A stretch of 64,000 bases of DNA, taken from IMG/VR virus record IMGVR_UViG_3300042691_037870, positions 32,001-96,000 of that record, one strand, 5' to 3'. Below are positions 32,501 to 40,156 of this stretch, one piece after another. Every line of letters starts with the position of its first letter. Position 1 is the stretch's first letter. The DNA comes from a virus. The notes under the pieces were generated by a model. That model was not told the origin of the DNA. It searched no databases and saw nothing but the letters and a program-made list of their open reading frames with translations. Made by a program: the position numbers and the translations under genes.

Positions 32501-33311
32501 TTAGAGATTTGCCATGTACATTACCTGTAGTTGTGTATGTGGCGATTGCGACGGTTGCTGATGTGCCATTTGCCGCATAAGAATCGATATAAAAAGGACC
32601 GTATTCTTCAACACGAGGGTGTGTATAACCTATTCTATACTTATCTATTGGAGTATTTGTTTGCGTAGAAATAGCAGGTTTATTAATTGTAACTGTTTGA
32701 TTAAGCAAATCGACCTGTGTAATATAAGTATCGTCATTTAAGCTAATACCTGCTATTCTTACACCTACTAAACTTGTGTCAATAAGCGTAAAAGTTGGGG
32801 TAATAATGTTTGAATCAATAACAGTATTCCAAGTTGAAGTACCAATATATTCCCATACTTTTTCAATTAAAAATAAGCTATCTGACTGAATTAAGCCAGC
32901 AGAAACAGGTTCAAGAAAGTAAGCTGAAAACCCTGAAATAGTAGGATACTTAAAGTAAAATTTATTTACCAAAGAAGAAGAAACTATATCAACAGACTGT
33001 ATGCTTCCACCTGCTGTAAAAGTTATATATGAAGAATCAATCTTAAAAGTTGTTAAAGTAGTAGCTGTTAAATCAGTATTTAATAATGACATATTTTGTA
33101 CTTGAATATAAGTATCAGCGCTATATCCAAAACCTCCATCAATAATAGATAAATGAACTATCTTGCCTTCATAATTTGAATAAACTTTTAAGACAGCATT
33201 TTTACCTTCACCTCTGGGATCAATTGCTATTGCAGTTGTCTCATCAATAGTTGAAGGATTAATGTTATTTCCTTTCTTATTAAAAAACTTAAATTGATTA
33301 TTTATTAACAT
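26523..33311 (-). CDS. Giant baseplate wedge protein (gp7/P2 gpI-like core) with inserted repeats and C-terminal PKD domain (2262 aa)
   Basis: IWPYVGSYKGLVNIINWFGYYDIRIKEYW wedge-type motif; just downstream of the gp6-like gene; repeated (I/V)xxxGxxY units; terminal WTFEYPGNFDVELTITDTNG (PKD). Confidence 0.65.
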   Translation of the reverse strand: MLINNQFKFFNKKGNNINPSTIDETTAIAIDPRGEGKNAVLKVYSNYEGKIVHLSIIDGGFGYSADTYIQVQNMSLLNTDLTATTLTTFKIDSSYITFTAGGSIQSVDIVSSSLVNKFYFKYPTISGFSAYFLEPVSAGLIQSDSLFLIEKVWEYIGTSTWNTVIDSNIITPTFTLIDTSLVGVRIAGISLNDDTYITQVDLLNQTVTINKPAISTQTNTPIDKYRIGYTHPRVEEYGPFYIDSYAANGTSATVAIATYTTTGNVHGKSLNKINELNLGVTGNLIVGMTVFGNGVPDGTVIKNIEPTIGEVTLNNDVAEGTNISFTFYVSHNLKVGSKININAGPLAGIHTITALSTYTLSFSSTLNSSASYFTYYSVIPQFTASLDRSSDPEWFLYEVEYGTDYPTIQKSKEISFELTDASLATMPDSFTAQNDEWIRIVFEDLEKRLLQINYGIQADVEGSYVGYLKISDTTFSNYSPILLEIPIECEVIAEDERLGLLLENFGRDITIDQELILRDSDINEDNPDYILLNQKRKEMLLQGDQIWPYVGSYKGLVNIINWFGYYDIRIKEYWLNVNADDTYFNRYRQVPITLQLKNKKVSPEQINLLPSKHYKKTNLFGLFYDINRDSGDTDEFGIPITEDAFAYTNEEVLIKLFALKAYLKEKFLPLNTRIVDITGEGVYYERYAINSWSDRNDRLIVNSGKKLDFTYDKKSQIIDLRPYDRLGGLLTPEVDNSLLPYSTYYDINDVIVTGAGGNFYGEIPQVTFPGSAVQQARGRCRVKAMAIASYSITPAGADYQAGDIITLSGGSYEIPFRIEVTAVDVNGSVTDIQINAGPQQGSNYTSLPTTFSQRTVVRPVGNQYEIPVDAIGFEIAATEIPFELQEVTLFDLGKRYATYPTIQFLWDSITGLTPTATLTVKEYESAPISYFNDSDTVKPYSDAPNIPVGALVNVSTTFDVTWDELVYPWNTFTGSNDATLKAWVYSLPAGTGDLIAVEIISQGSDYNFAPTFTVNGGGGFGATVVSNSLRSGKLNIVEYEVQNLSSTVSPGAFNDIITVTPALPAGGLNFITAGKIIKSDTNIPEGTIIDSIIGNDLYLLSYDGSSIATSLSIGDKIYIHQGVSVTAGGVGYTSEPTISPNGGHTSSLYTWAEIGRGDFYQMEWLAYLDEPTVPGTVYNYRSGINTIDSLINHTITLPYTGKYTLELNVYDTNNTKSNAIKVKAVDVYMPEADFAYIAKTVEECKDTWKEFEQIPTPPSDNSFMLSTPNDKPNPVEYTWDNAVGRWVNITFNDTRWDDYDINWDSLSISDLSYINSPTFPTCLDMEILQISSEDVYEGSIISYTDNTTVPVSTINPTITVAGQYDLPKLDPIYDPNDVIYIRRDGVVYNYQVISADYSSPGITKIEISQVPPLAFTQSPTTWEVLREVGGTFVVAGNQIYNEETNPTGLKIGNNVVITKEGNTPVSARNIVSARNADGFDIFNGSTNAVLQKPGAYGRIYKIRDYVNVNGNLVWGPITTSWVFKEVLEQSQQVSDYKGQLILDPSSILINPLNEIRPGFTRIKLYVYDGSELIYKQIFRTVHAYESTSNVGDIYNIFSGNAYVIDVLGISGGKLSELNSNLSSYWSTLASPSIFLEYEYDEFTTQERYFATNGSDETIYANYNKFPANGSFLSSTNFGPSYVTDHTNWFYDHGIVSNSYSMKITNTGVWNGGIGTLVTVDDLSAELYRSDTFFTACQQTFDQDYAEEHLGTRVQTWRNYKEMVWSEFCGNTWDTLDFTDSLWCGYVINNVDSNGGIKFNEYPTFNFQGIIGGMSVAQKYSQALYELNATNNPGVSKFNYAIYGGSISGLYVDNDYSDDYLVSYATQDQISASALNTYALPDAIITKTSALVSPGDAYYGYFVEPATTVTSVVPGSTVDPMFTGYNVVYVDKNIPKKATFVGDTTSGKYVIKNVKGLQSGDLRVGEYLSGDFLPSYPSNPAKVLQLLVRDGKIREIVLDTPLSGTKLNGSFNVEWITAANTFITIPWLVSTITNADVQIIASAKNPSTDNLGYLVGTNGVQFLPPQISSTNISTTTAHTYPVGNYYKWFGYGENRVGAFKRGLQDFLTNYRYAQTYLYEGTSPYGTPGWYPSDDLSYNYSYSNSPTFSNYLEAKAQSERLPYSRAIGGVYTWEETRVGKYNGKLPAGTSVLLSANASDIVGKTQYYWKLIDGETTLAEVIDEQLLWTFEYPGNFDVELTITDTNGNKKTQLKKSFLTIYDSAE

Positions 33312-33580
33312 TAGTTAAGATACTTGTAGTTTTTATCAACTGTGTAATTCATTGCTTTTTTTATAAGACTTACACGATCAATCATATAAACCATTAAAAT
33401 TTTCATTTGGTTTATGAAATTCTCTCTCTTTTTATCAGATAAAAGATATGAAGAAACCGACTTATTAAATAGGTTAGTTCTCCAGTCATAACCCGTGTAC
33501 TTTAAATTATCTTGTAGATGTATCATATATTGATAATAACTTTGACGAACTAAATATCTACCTTTTCTTGGATCAGCCAT
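33311..33580 (-). CDS. Hypothetical baseplate-associated protein (89 aa)
   Basis: Between gp6-like and gp7-like genes, TAATG-coupled to the latter. Confidence 0.6.
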   Translation of the reverse strand: MADPRKGRYLVRQSYYQYMIHLQDNLKYTGYDWRTNLFNKSVSSYLLSDKKRENFINQMKILMVYMIDRVSLIKKAMNYTVDKNYKYLN

Positions 33581-33583
33581 ATC

Positions 33584-35275
33584 TTATTGATTTTTTATTG
33601 CGTCTACATTAATTCTATGCAATTCCATATTTATTGTAAACTCTGAATCTTTACCAAAAACAATATTAATACTACCAGGTTTTGACGCATCGGTAGTATC
33701 ATAATATTCAAATCCTTTACGATCTTTCCAACCACCACGAATAAGTGCATACTCACCACGACCTATTAATATGTCTCCATATTCATCAAGACCTTTAGGT
33801 GGCTCGTTTGCATTTGCTATGTCAGTTTTAAATGCTTCATTCTCTTCACTTACAAACCAAACATTTACAGAATCCACACCTTCAACAGATTCTATAATAG
33901 AAACTAAGTCAGACTTAGGAATTTTATCACGTCTACGATTCTTTAAGAAATAGTCAGAACATTTAGAAACTACCGCTTGACGAATGATATCTTTACTATA
34001 TCCTTCATAAGCAGCAATTTTAATGTTAACTACATACTTCTTAACAATAGGATCAACAATTTTTACAACTGTCGTTAAAATCTTTTGCCCACTTTCCTCT
34101 ATCAGATTATAGATCTTGGTTTTTTCTTCTTCGGATAATAAGAATAAATTAAGAGGGGTGTTAAAATAATCAGCATTTGTAGGTTTTCTTTTATTTACGT
34201 CAGGTATTAAGAAAAGATAAACTACATTATCATCAGATATGTCATTATCGCTAAACGTACTAAATGCATCAATAACACTAAACATATTAAATCTTTCTAA
34301 GAAATATACATAGTTATCAGCATTTGCTAAAACATACGCACGACTAGTTTTAGGAGCAAGAATCCTTGTTAAGAACAATGGTTCACTGTCAGCACCAAAG
34401 TTAATAGGCAAACCAATACGAATATTAAGTGCTTGGTTTAAATCAACAGTTTCACCTGCAAGATCAAACCCATCATCCAGAAAAGTAAATTTAGGTTGTG
34501 AATTATTAAAAATGTTTCCGCCATTACCCGCAGTTGTTAAGTATTCAACACGAATTGTAAAACCTAAATTTGGTATATTCCCGAAGTAACCATTTCCAAA
34601 GTAAATATCAACACCATCGCTAATTCCTGTCTTAACCACTACGCCTTTTCCTTCGTAAGGAATGTCATAAAGAGAATCATATACTTTCCATCTTTCATTA
34701 TTTACAAAAACATTAATTATGTTGTTGTCCATCTGATAACCTTTTTTAGGTTTAATTGTATATGATTGCATAGGCAACCCTGTAGATGTTACTTGTTGCG
34801 ATTCAATTTCACCTTGCACAACTTTAACTTCAACAGATTTGTTTCCTGTAAGTTCAAGACGAGTTTCTTCTGTGTTTAGAACTATTAGATACGGTAACCC
34901 AGTGCCTGCATTAACTAATCGGGTATAATTAGGTATAATGACAGTATTTCCGTACATATCAATTTCATTACCGCTGTAAGATAATATAGCTGTTCCTGTG
35001 GCTGAAATTGCACGTGTAGGATTATGTCCCGCGATTCTTGCAAGACCTTTAATGGAAACTTCTCGAGATGCAGTGTAAATGTTTAGTTCAGTGATGCTGT
35101 CTTCAATGTAATAAAAAATAAGTTTACCCATGTCAAGTATTACGGACAGTAACTGTCCATAGGCACTTGCTGGGCTAAACACTTCACCTACTTGTTGAAA
35201 TTGTGTAGTAAGATAACTTCTAACATCAGTATACAACTGCTCAAAAGTTATCCTATTAACTTTAAAAATTTCCAT
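33584..35275 (-). CDS. gp6: Baseplate wedge subunit (T4 gp6 / baseplate J-like)
   Basis: FEQLYTDVRSYL, SIKGLARIAGHNP..AISA, IYFGNGYFGNIP, VEYLTTAGNGGN, GADSEP motifs; adjacent to gp25-like gene. Confidence 0.85.
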   Translation of the reverse strand: MEIFKVNRITFEQLYTDVRSYLTTQFQQVGEVFSPASAYGQLLSVILDMGKLIFYYIEDSITELNIYTASREVSIKGLARIAGHNPTRAISATGTAILSYSGNEIDMYGNTVIIPNYTRLVNAGTGLPYLIVLNTEETRLELTGNKSVEVKVVQGEIESQQVTSTGLPMQSYTIKPKKGYQMDNNIINVFVNNERWKVYDSLYDIPYEGKGVVVKTGISDGVDIYFGNGYFGNIPNLGFTIRVEYLTTAGNGGNIFNNSQPKFTFLDDGFDLAGETVDLNQALNIRIGLPINFGADSEPLFLTRILAPKTSRAYVLANADNYVYFLERFNMFSVIDAFSTFSDNDISDDNVVYLFLIPDVNKRKPTNADYFNTPLNLFLLSEEEKTKIYNLIEESGQKILTTVVKIVDPIVKKYVVNIKIAAYEGYSKDIIRQAVVSKCSDYFLKNRRRDKIPKSDLVSIIESVEGVDSVNVWFVSEENEAFKTDIANANEPPKGLDEYGDILIGRGEYALIRGGWKDRKGFEYYDTTDASKPGSINIVFGKDSEFTINMELHRINVDAIKNQ

Positions 35276-35285
35276 CTATATCTTT

Positions 35286-35648
35286 TTATTTTGCCATGAC
35301 TCCGATATACTTTGTCCCGTTAATGTATATATCTATGAAGCAAAAATCTCTTACTTCTCCAGGTTGGAAATTTACTTCCACCGTTACATCATATTTTCCG
35401 GACTCAGGTACATATGCAGCAAGCTGATCATAAAAAGATCTTTGCAACTGTGCAGTATTTGCTTGAAATTCAAATAACTGTTCTTCTAAGTTTAAACCCA
35501 AACCAGGGAATCCAAGAACTTCACCACGAGTAGTAAATATAATCATACGGATTTTAGTTAAAAGTGCTTCTAATTCACTTGAAGTTTCTAACTGGGTAGG
35601 TCTGTAACTGGGGTCATTAATATTTCTACAATAAAGTTCCTTTAACAT
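35286..35648 (-). CDS. gp25: Baseplate wedge / sheath initiator (gp25-like)
   Basis: IRMIIFTTRGEVLGFPGLGLNLEEQLFE matches the gp25/GPW pattern TxxGExxxxPxFGxxL. Confidence 0.8.
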   Translation of the reverse strand: MLKELYCRNINDPSYRPTQLETSSELEALLTKIRMIIFTTRGEVLGFPGLGLNLEEQLFEFQANTAQLQRSFYDQLAAYVPESGKYDVTVEVNFQPGEVRDFCFIDIYINGTKYIGVMAK

Positions 35649-35651
35649 ATA

Positions 35652-36383
35652 TTAGTGGAAGATGAAGAACCAATCTGGTGAGTTTTCATCATCTATTTTT
35701 TGTTTAATTTCATCTAATTCTTCTTTACCTTCATCACGAATAGATGAAGCATCAATCTGAATCCCACCCGGAAGATTAAAAGTAAATGTTCCAAGAATTC
35801 TTGCTAAAGATATTTTTGCTTGAGCTGTCACCCAACGCTGAAAAAACCAATCATCGTATAATTTGTTTTCTTCTATCTTAGAGTATGTCTGAATAAAAAC
35901 ATTTCTTTTAGGATCTCTACCTAAAATCTTTAATCTTTTTGTATTACGATTAAAGTCAAATGAAATTCTTTCAAGAATAAAGGCTTGTGTTAAATCCCAA
36001 TAAGAATATTGAGCAGTTCTAAGAACCAAGTCATCGGATTGAAACGGAGATAAGAATAATTCTGAAGCAAGAAGACGATTATCAGAAAAATCACGGTCAA
36101 CAGTACCAAGTCTACCACCACCTGTTACTTCTTTAACTTCAAATACACTAATTACACAATCAGGTAACAGTATGCTACGATACTTTTTAAACTCAGGATC
36201 TGAAAACCATTTTCTTTCAATAATGTAATATTGTGTTTCAACAGCAGGACCATAATTGGCATAAAACCAATTAAGTGCCTGGTCAATTATACGATTAGCT
36301 TCTCTCTCAGGTACAGAATACGGAAGTGCTCCACTACCTGTGATTTCAGCAGTCATCATATCTATAAGTTCTGCTCTTGTCAT
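35652..36383 (-). CDS. gp13: Neck protein (T4 gp13-like)
   Basis: C-terminal AQAKISLARILGTFTFNLPGGIQIDASSIRDEGKEELDEIKQKI characteristic of gp13; N-terminal IIDQALNWF. Confidence 0.8.
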   Translation of the reverse strand: MTRAELIDMMTAEITGSGALPYSVPEREANRIIDQALNWFYANYGPAVETQYYIIERKWFSDPEFKKYRSILLPDCVISVFEVKEVTGGGRLGTVDRDFSDNRLLASELFLSPFQSDDLVLRTAQYSYWDLTQAFILERISFDFNRNTKRLKILGRDPKRNVFIQTYSKIEENKLYDDWFFQRWVTAQAKISLARILGTFTFNLPGGIQIDASSIRDEGKEELDEIKQKIDDENSPDWFFIFH

Positions 36384-36386
36384 ATT

Positions 36387-36635
36387 TTAAGAAAGTACAA
36401 CAATCTCTGTTGCTCCTATTTTTTTAGCTTCACCCTTTGCCCATTTTACAGCATCAGTATACATCATTGCAGAAGGAGTGTAAACATCCATTTCTGTTTG
36501 ATGACCTTGTAGTTTAAATGCCCACATACCTTTACCACTTGGTTTTTTGCCATGTGCGCCTTGATACTTATTAGTATTTACTTCTACCCCTTCATTAAGA
36601 AATTCTTCAAATAATTGTATATGTTTCATAATCAT
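36387..36635 (-). CDS. Small protein with putative capsid-targeting leader
   Basis: N-terminus MKHIQLFEEFLNE, then YQGAHGKKPSGKGMWAF domain. Confidence 0.7.
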   Translation of the reverse strand: MIMKHIQLFEEFLNEGVEVNTNKYQGAHGKKPSGKGMWAFKLQGHQTEMDVYTPSAMMYTDAVKWAKGEAKKIGATEIVVLS

Positions 36636-36643
36636 TTATTTTT

Positions 36644-37384
36644 TTAATCCCAAACTTCTGTATAAGTTCCACCTACAATCATAACACCTTGTTTCCAATC
36701 AAAATCTAAACGATCCTTCTTAAAGAAAAAGTGATTCTTAATAATATTTTCAGTTTCTTCTTCAGTTTTCCCAAAAGCAATATTAAGATCCTTAATTACA
36801 TATGCCTTATCATACGATTTTGTAATATGTGTAGATGCATGTCTACCAATACCTTGATCTCGTGTATTGATTGTTTTATAATTTGCTGTTGAAGGTTTCC
36901 AGAATTGTAAGATTCTTCTAATTAAATCATCATTAAGAGGCTGTTTTTGAGAAAATCTAATCCAATCTTTAATCTCTTTTGAAATATTTGATTTTCTTGG
37001 GTTACTTAAGTTAAAACTTTTATAGTTATTGATATAATCAACTCCAGCAACACCAATACCACCCATTGCTTCTTTAGGAGAAGCATTACTGATAACTTCA
37101 TAATATGTAACAGATGCTTTTATATACATTCCGCTAATATTACAATTTTGTAAAATCTTAGCACGTTTAGGATCTAACCAACTCCAGTCATCAGTTTGGT
37201 AACGATTAGAAACTCCAACATATCCATTTTTGTAATCATAGTACTTATCATTCTTACCATTCATTTGGTAAGAAACGTTTCTGAAATTGGAAAGCATTGC
37301 TTTCTCAAGATCATTGGCTAACATCATACCTTCTGGATTTTCAGCCTCATTAAGAAAATTTTCGTATAACTTTATGTATTTCAT
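36644..37384 (-). CDS. Hypothetical protein with putative capsid-targeting leader
   Basis: N-terminus MKYIKLYENFLNE. Confidence 0.7.
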   Translation of the reverse strand: MKYIKLYENFLNEAENPEGMMLANDLEKAMLSNFRNVSYQMNGKNDKYYDYKNGYVGVSNRYQTDDWSWLDPKRAKILQNCNISGMYIKASVTYYEVISNASPKEAMGGIGVAGVDYINNYKSFNLSNPRKSNISKEIKDWIRFSQKQPLNDDLIRRILQFWKPSTANYKTINTRDQGIGRHASTHITKSYDKAYVIKDLNIAFGKTEEETENIIKNHFFFKKDRLDFDWKQGVMIVGGTYTEVWD

Positions 37385-38775
37385 TATTCTTTATCTTTTT
37401 TCTTTTTGTCTTCGTCTTTCTCAATTTCCTGTTCTCCAGGTTTCTTGATAGTTTCTACAATTAAGGTTTCTTTGGATATTTTTGCTAACTTACCAATTTC
37501 ACCATTACGAATAACCCCACGATTAACTTCACAGTTAATCATATCTTTTTTGTTCTCAATAAAACAATCATTACATACATTTGTAATATGCAAAGGTGTA
37601 TCAGCAACTTTAGAAAATTCAAACTTGTTTGATTTCATTGCATAACAGTTTGCAATTCTGGAGTTTAAGATAGTACAATTATAAAACCAACAACCTTCAA
37701 TTACTCCTTGAACTTCACAGTTAATAAATTCGATATCAGTTGCACGACAGTTTACAACTTTGGTATTTTGAACTTGAAAACGTCCTGTTTCTGTGTCATA
37801 ATTAAATTCACCTTTTGTCATACCTCCAGTAACTATCAAGGCAAATAACTTATCTCGTAAAATACCCCATACTGACTGTAAAGTTTGATCATCATTAATT
37901 AAATCAATTGAAACTTTAATATCAGGGAAGTGTCTTTTAAATTCACCATACTTAATAAATGATTTGTAAATAGGTTCTTGTTTACCCATGATGTCTTTAA
38001 ATTTAGCACGGTCTGAATCCGACCAATTACCATTAAAGTTAATAGTCTTATACAAATGAATTAAGTAGTAGTCAATAAGATCCAATATTTTTCGGGTTTT
38101 CTTATGATAGTTTTCACCACCCATATATCGATACTCCAAATAACCCTTTTCAGCTTTGGTAAAGTTTACTCCGTAGTACTTTTCATCAGGCAATCTTAAA
38201 GTTGCTTTACTAAAATCTTCAAGTGATGGAGAATAAAACATTACATCATTAGGGCGGATTTCCTTAATACTTCTTGCATAAACAGAATCTTTTCTGTTTG
38301 GAAACACATCATAAACACGCTTTTCATCAAAGTCAAGAATAAACTTTGTAATATTCATTTTAGATATGTCAATAGGTAAAGGAATCTTATTACCGTCTAA
38401 GCTACAATTTGCATGTATTGAGCATCTTTCATTTGTGTAACCATTATCAGCGATCCATTCAAATACTTTAATGATTGTATTACGTGCATCTTTATAAGCC
38501 ATAGGACCAGTAACAAGTTCACACATATTTTTACCACCTGAATAGTCAGGTTCAAGTTTAAATACATCAGATGTTGGTGTGATAGGTGAATGATACAAAG
38601 GTTTTGGATCAGTGATGTTATTCAAATTCATTGGAATAACAATTCTTTTCTTAACATATTTTGCTAATTCACGAGCAGTTTCAACAAGTGGTAAATTTGA
38701 ATAAAATTCAAATTCGATTCCAACTTTACCAGTCTCAAGGATCTCAGCATCAGTATATGACTTTTTAATTTTCAT
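37384..38775 (-). CDS. Putative amidoligase (COOH-NH2 ligase) with C-terminal beta-helix-like region
   Basis: VGIEFEF, EPDYSGG..CELVTGP, TNERCSIHAN, KYYGVNF, LEYRYMGG; C-terminal Cys/Asn/Ile 5-residue periodicity. Confidence 0.8.
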   Translation of the reverse strand: MKIKKSYTDAEILETGKVGIEFEFYSNLPLVETARELAKYVKKRIVIPMNLNNITDPKPLYHSPITPTSDVFKLEPDYSGGKNMCELVTGPMAYKDARNTIIKVFEWIADNGYTNERCSIHANCSLDGNKIPLPIDISKMNITKFILDFDEKRVYDVFPNRKDSVYARSIKEIRPNDVMFYSPSLEDFSKATLRLPDEKYYGVNFTKAEKGYLEYRYMGGENYHKKTRKILDLIDYYLIHLYKTINFNGNWSDSDRAKFKDIMGKQEPIYKSFIKYGEFKRHFPDIKVSIDLINDDQTLQSVWGILRDKLFALIVTGGMTKGEFNYDTETGRFQVQNTKVVNCRATDIEFINCEVQGVIEGCWFYNCTILNSRIANCYAMKSNKFEFSKVADTPLHITNVCNDCFIENKKDMINCEVNRGVIRNGEIGKLAKISKETLIVETIKKPGEQEIEKDEDKKKKDKE

Positions 38776-38859
38776 TGGGATTTGTATCTTTTGTATCTTT
38801 GTATATTATTTATCTCTAAGAAAGAATTGGTTTTTGGATTTTAAGAAAAACTTATAAAA

Positions 38860-38888
38860 AAATGGGACAGCTTTAAACAGTCCCATTT
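38860..38888 (-). terminator. Intrinsic terminator after S1-like gene
   Basis: Minus strand AAATGGGAC-N11-GTCCCATTT followed by TTTT. Confidence 0.75.
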
Positions 38889-38908
38889 ACATTTATTTGT
38901 TTTAAGAA

Positions 38909-40114
38909 TTAAGATTCATTAGGCAATGACAAAAACACTTTATCATTATGTACACGATCAATTGAAACCATCACTGTATCACCCACATTAAAGAATTTTT
39001 TCTTGGTTTTAATTTCTTTCTGTGCAATTAATCCCACGATATCTTTCTGTAATTTTACAAGTGCTCCAAACGGTTGAATTGAAACAACTTCTCCACCGCG
39101 AATAATTCCAATGTTTTGTTCTTTAAACTCTTCAAGTTCTTTTCTTCTGAAAGAAGGATCTTCATCAGAAAGAATAATTTTCTTATCAGGTGTGATTTCT
39201 TTAATCCAAAACTCAATTTCATCACCTGCATTAAATTCAAAGTTCTTAAACTTATCTTTAAGAACAGATGACATTTTACTACTGTGAAGTAACCCTGTAA
39301 AGATTTCATCAAACTCAACAAAGATACCATACTTTGCAAGACCTGTAATAGTACCTGTGTATTTTTTCTCAACATCAAGTTCTTCAATTTTTGTAGGAAG
39401 AACGTGTGTAAGATATTTCTTATATGAAAATACAAATGTACTACTTTCAGTTAAGTAATCTTCAACCATCACAGGAACGGTTTTCCCAATCATACTATCA
39501 AAATCACGTACAATATTAGCAGCAGCAAGAGATCCTGGTAAGAAACCGTCAATGCCTTGAACTGAAATAATAAACCCACCTTGATTCTTACCTGTAATTT
39601 TTCCATAGTAAGCACTTGTAGGTTTTGCAATTTGTGAAAAGAATTCATCTTTAATATGTTTAAGATGTCCTTCATATAGTGAAACCTTTACATAAGGTTT
39701 TACCATTTCAACTATTGTACAATAATCTTGAGCAATAAAGTTTCTACGCCCTTCTTCATCAGATAAACTTAAGACAAGATCGCCTTCTGTAATTCCTAAC
39801 ATAGAAAAGAATTTCTTTTCTTGTTCTAAATTAATTACAGCATCAATAAATCCTGTTAGCGTTACATTAAGATTTCTTTCTTTACCAACTCGTACATCAA
39901 CGATTTTGTACATTTCGCCATTCTTAGGTTCTTTATTGGCTACTTCAGTAATATTTTCATAAAGCTTTGCAAGATCTTCTGCATATGCTTCATGACAATA
40001 TATGTTGGTTTTGTATTTAGAAGATAGTTTTTTGTTGGGAATCAACTTTCCATTTGTTGCAAGCACGTCCCACTCGAGCTCACTGAAAAAGTCATTTTGT
40101 TTTTTTAGTTCCAT
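38909..40114 (-). CDS. rpsA: Ribosomal protein S1-like multi-S1-domain RNA-binding protein
   Basis: Three clear S1 repeats (GKITGKNQGGFIISVQGIDGFLPGS; GTITGLAKYGIFVEFDEIFTGLLHSS; GEVVSIQPFGALVKLQKDIVGLI) plus a degenerate N-terminal one. Confidence 0.8.
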   Translation of the reverse strand: MELKKQNDFFSELEWDVLATNGKLIPNKKLSSKYKTNIYCHEAYAEDLAKLYENITEVANKEPKNGEMYKIVDVRVGKERNLNVTLTGFIDAVINLEQEKKFFSMLGITEGDLVLSLSDEEGRRNFIAQDYCTIVEMVKPYVKVSLYEGHLKHIKDEFFSQIAKPTSAYYGKITGKNQGGFIISVQGIDGFLPGSLAAANIVRDFDSMIGKTVPVMVEDYLTESSTFVFSYKKYLTHVLPTKIEELDVEKKYTGTITGLAKYGIFVEFDEIFTGLLHSSKMSSVLKDKFKNFEFNAGDEIEFWIKEITPDKKIILSDEDPSFRRKELEEFKEQNIGIIRGGEVVSIQPFGALVKLQKDIVGLIAQKEIKTKKKFFNVGDTVMVSIDRVHNDKVFLSLPNES

Positions 40115-40156
40115 ATATTGAATTTTTGTATATATCTGAGATCAAATAGGCATTTT

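Noticed and set aside
38781-38806. Short TTTGTATC tandem (about 3 copies) in the amidoligase leader
   Set aside because: Very short and AT-rich, not seen elsewhere; cannot be distinguished from slippage.
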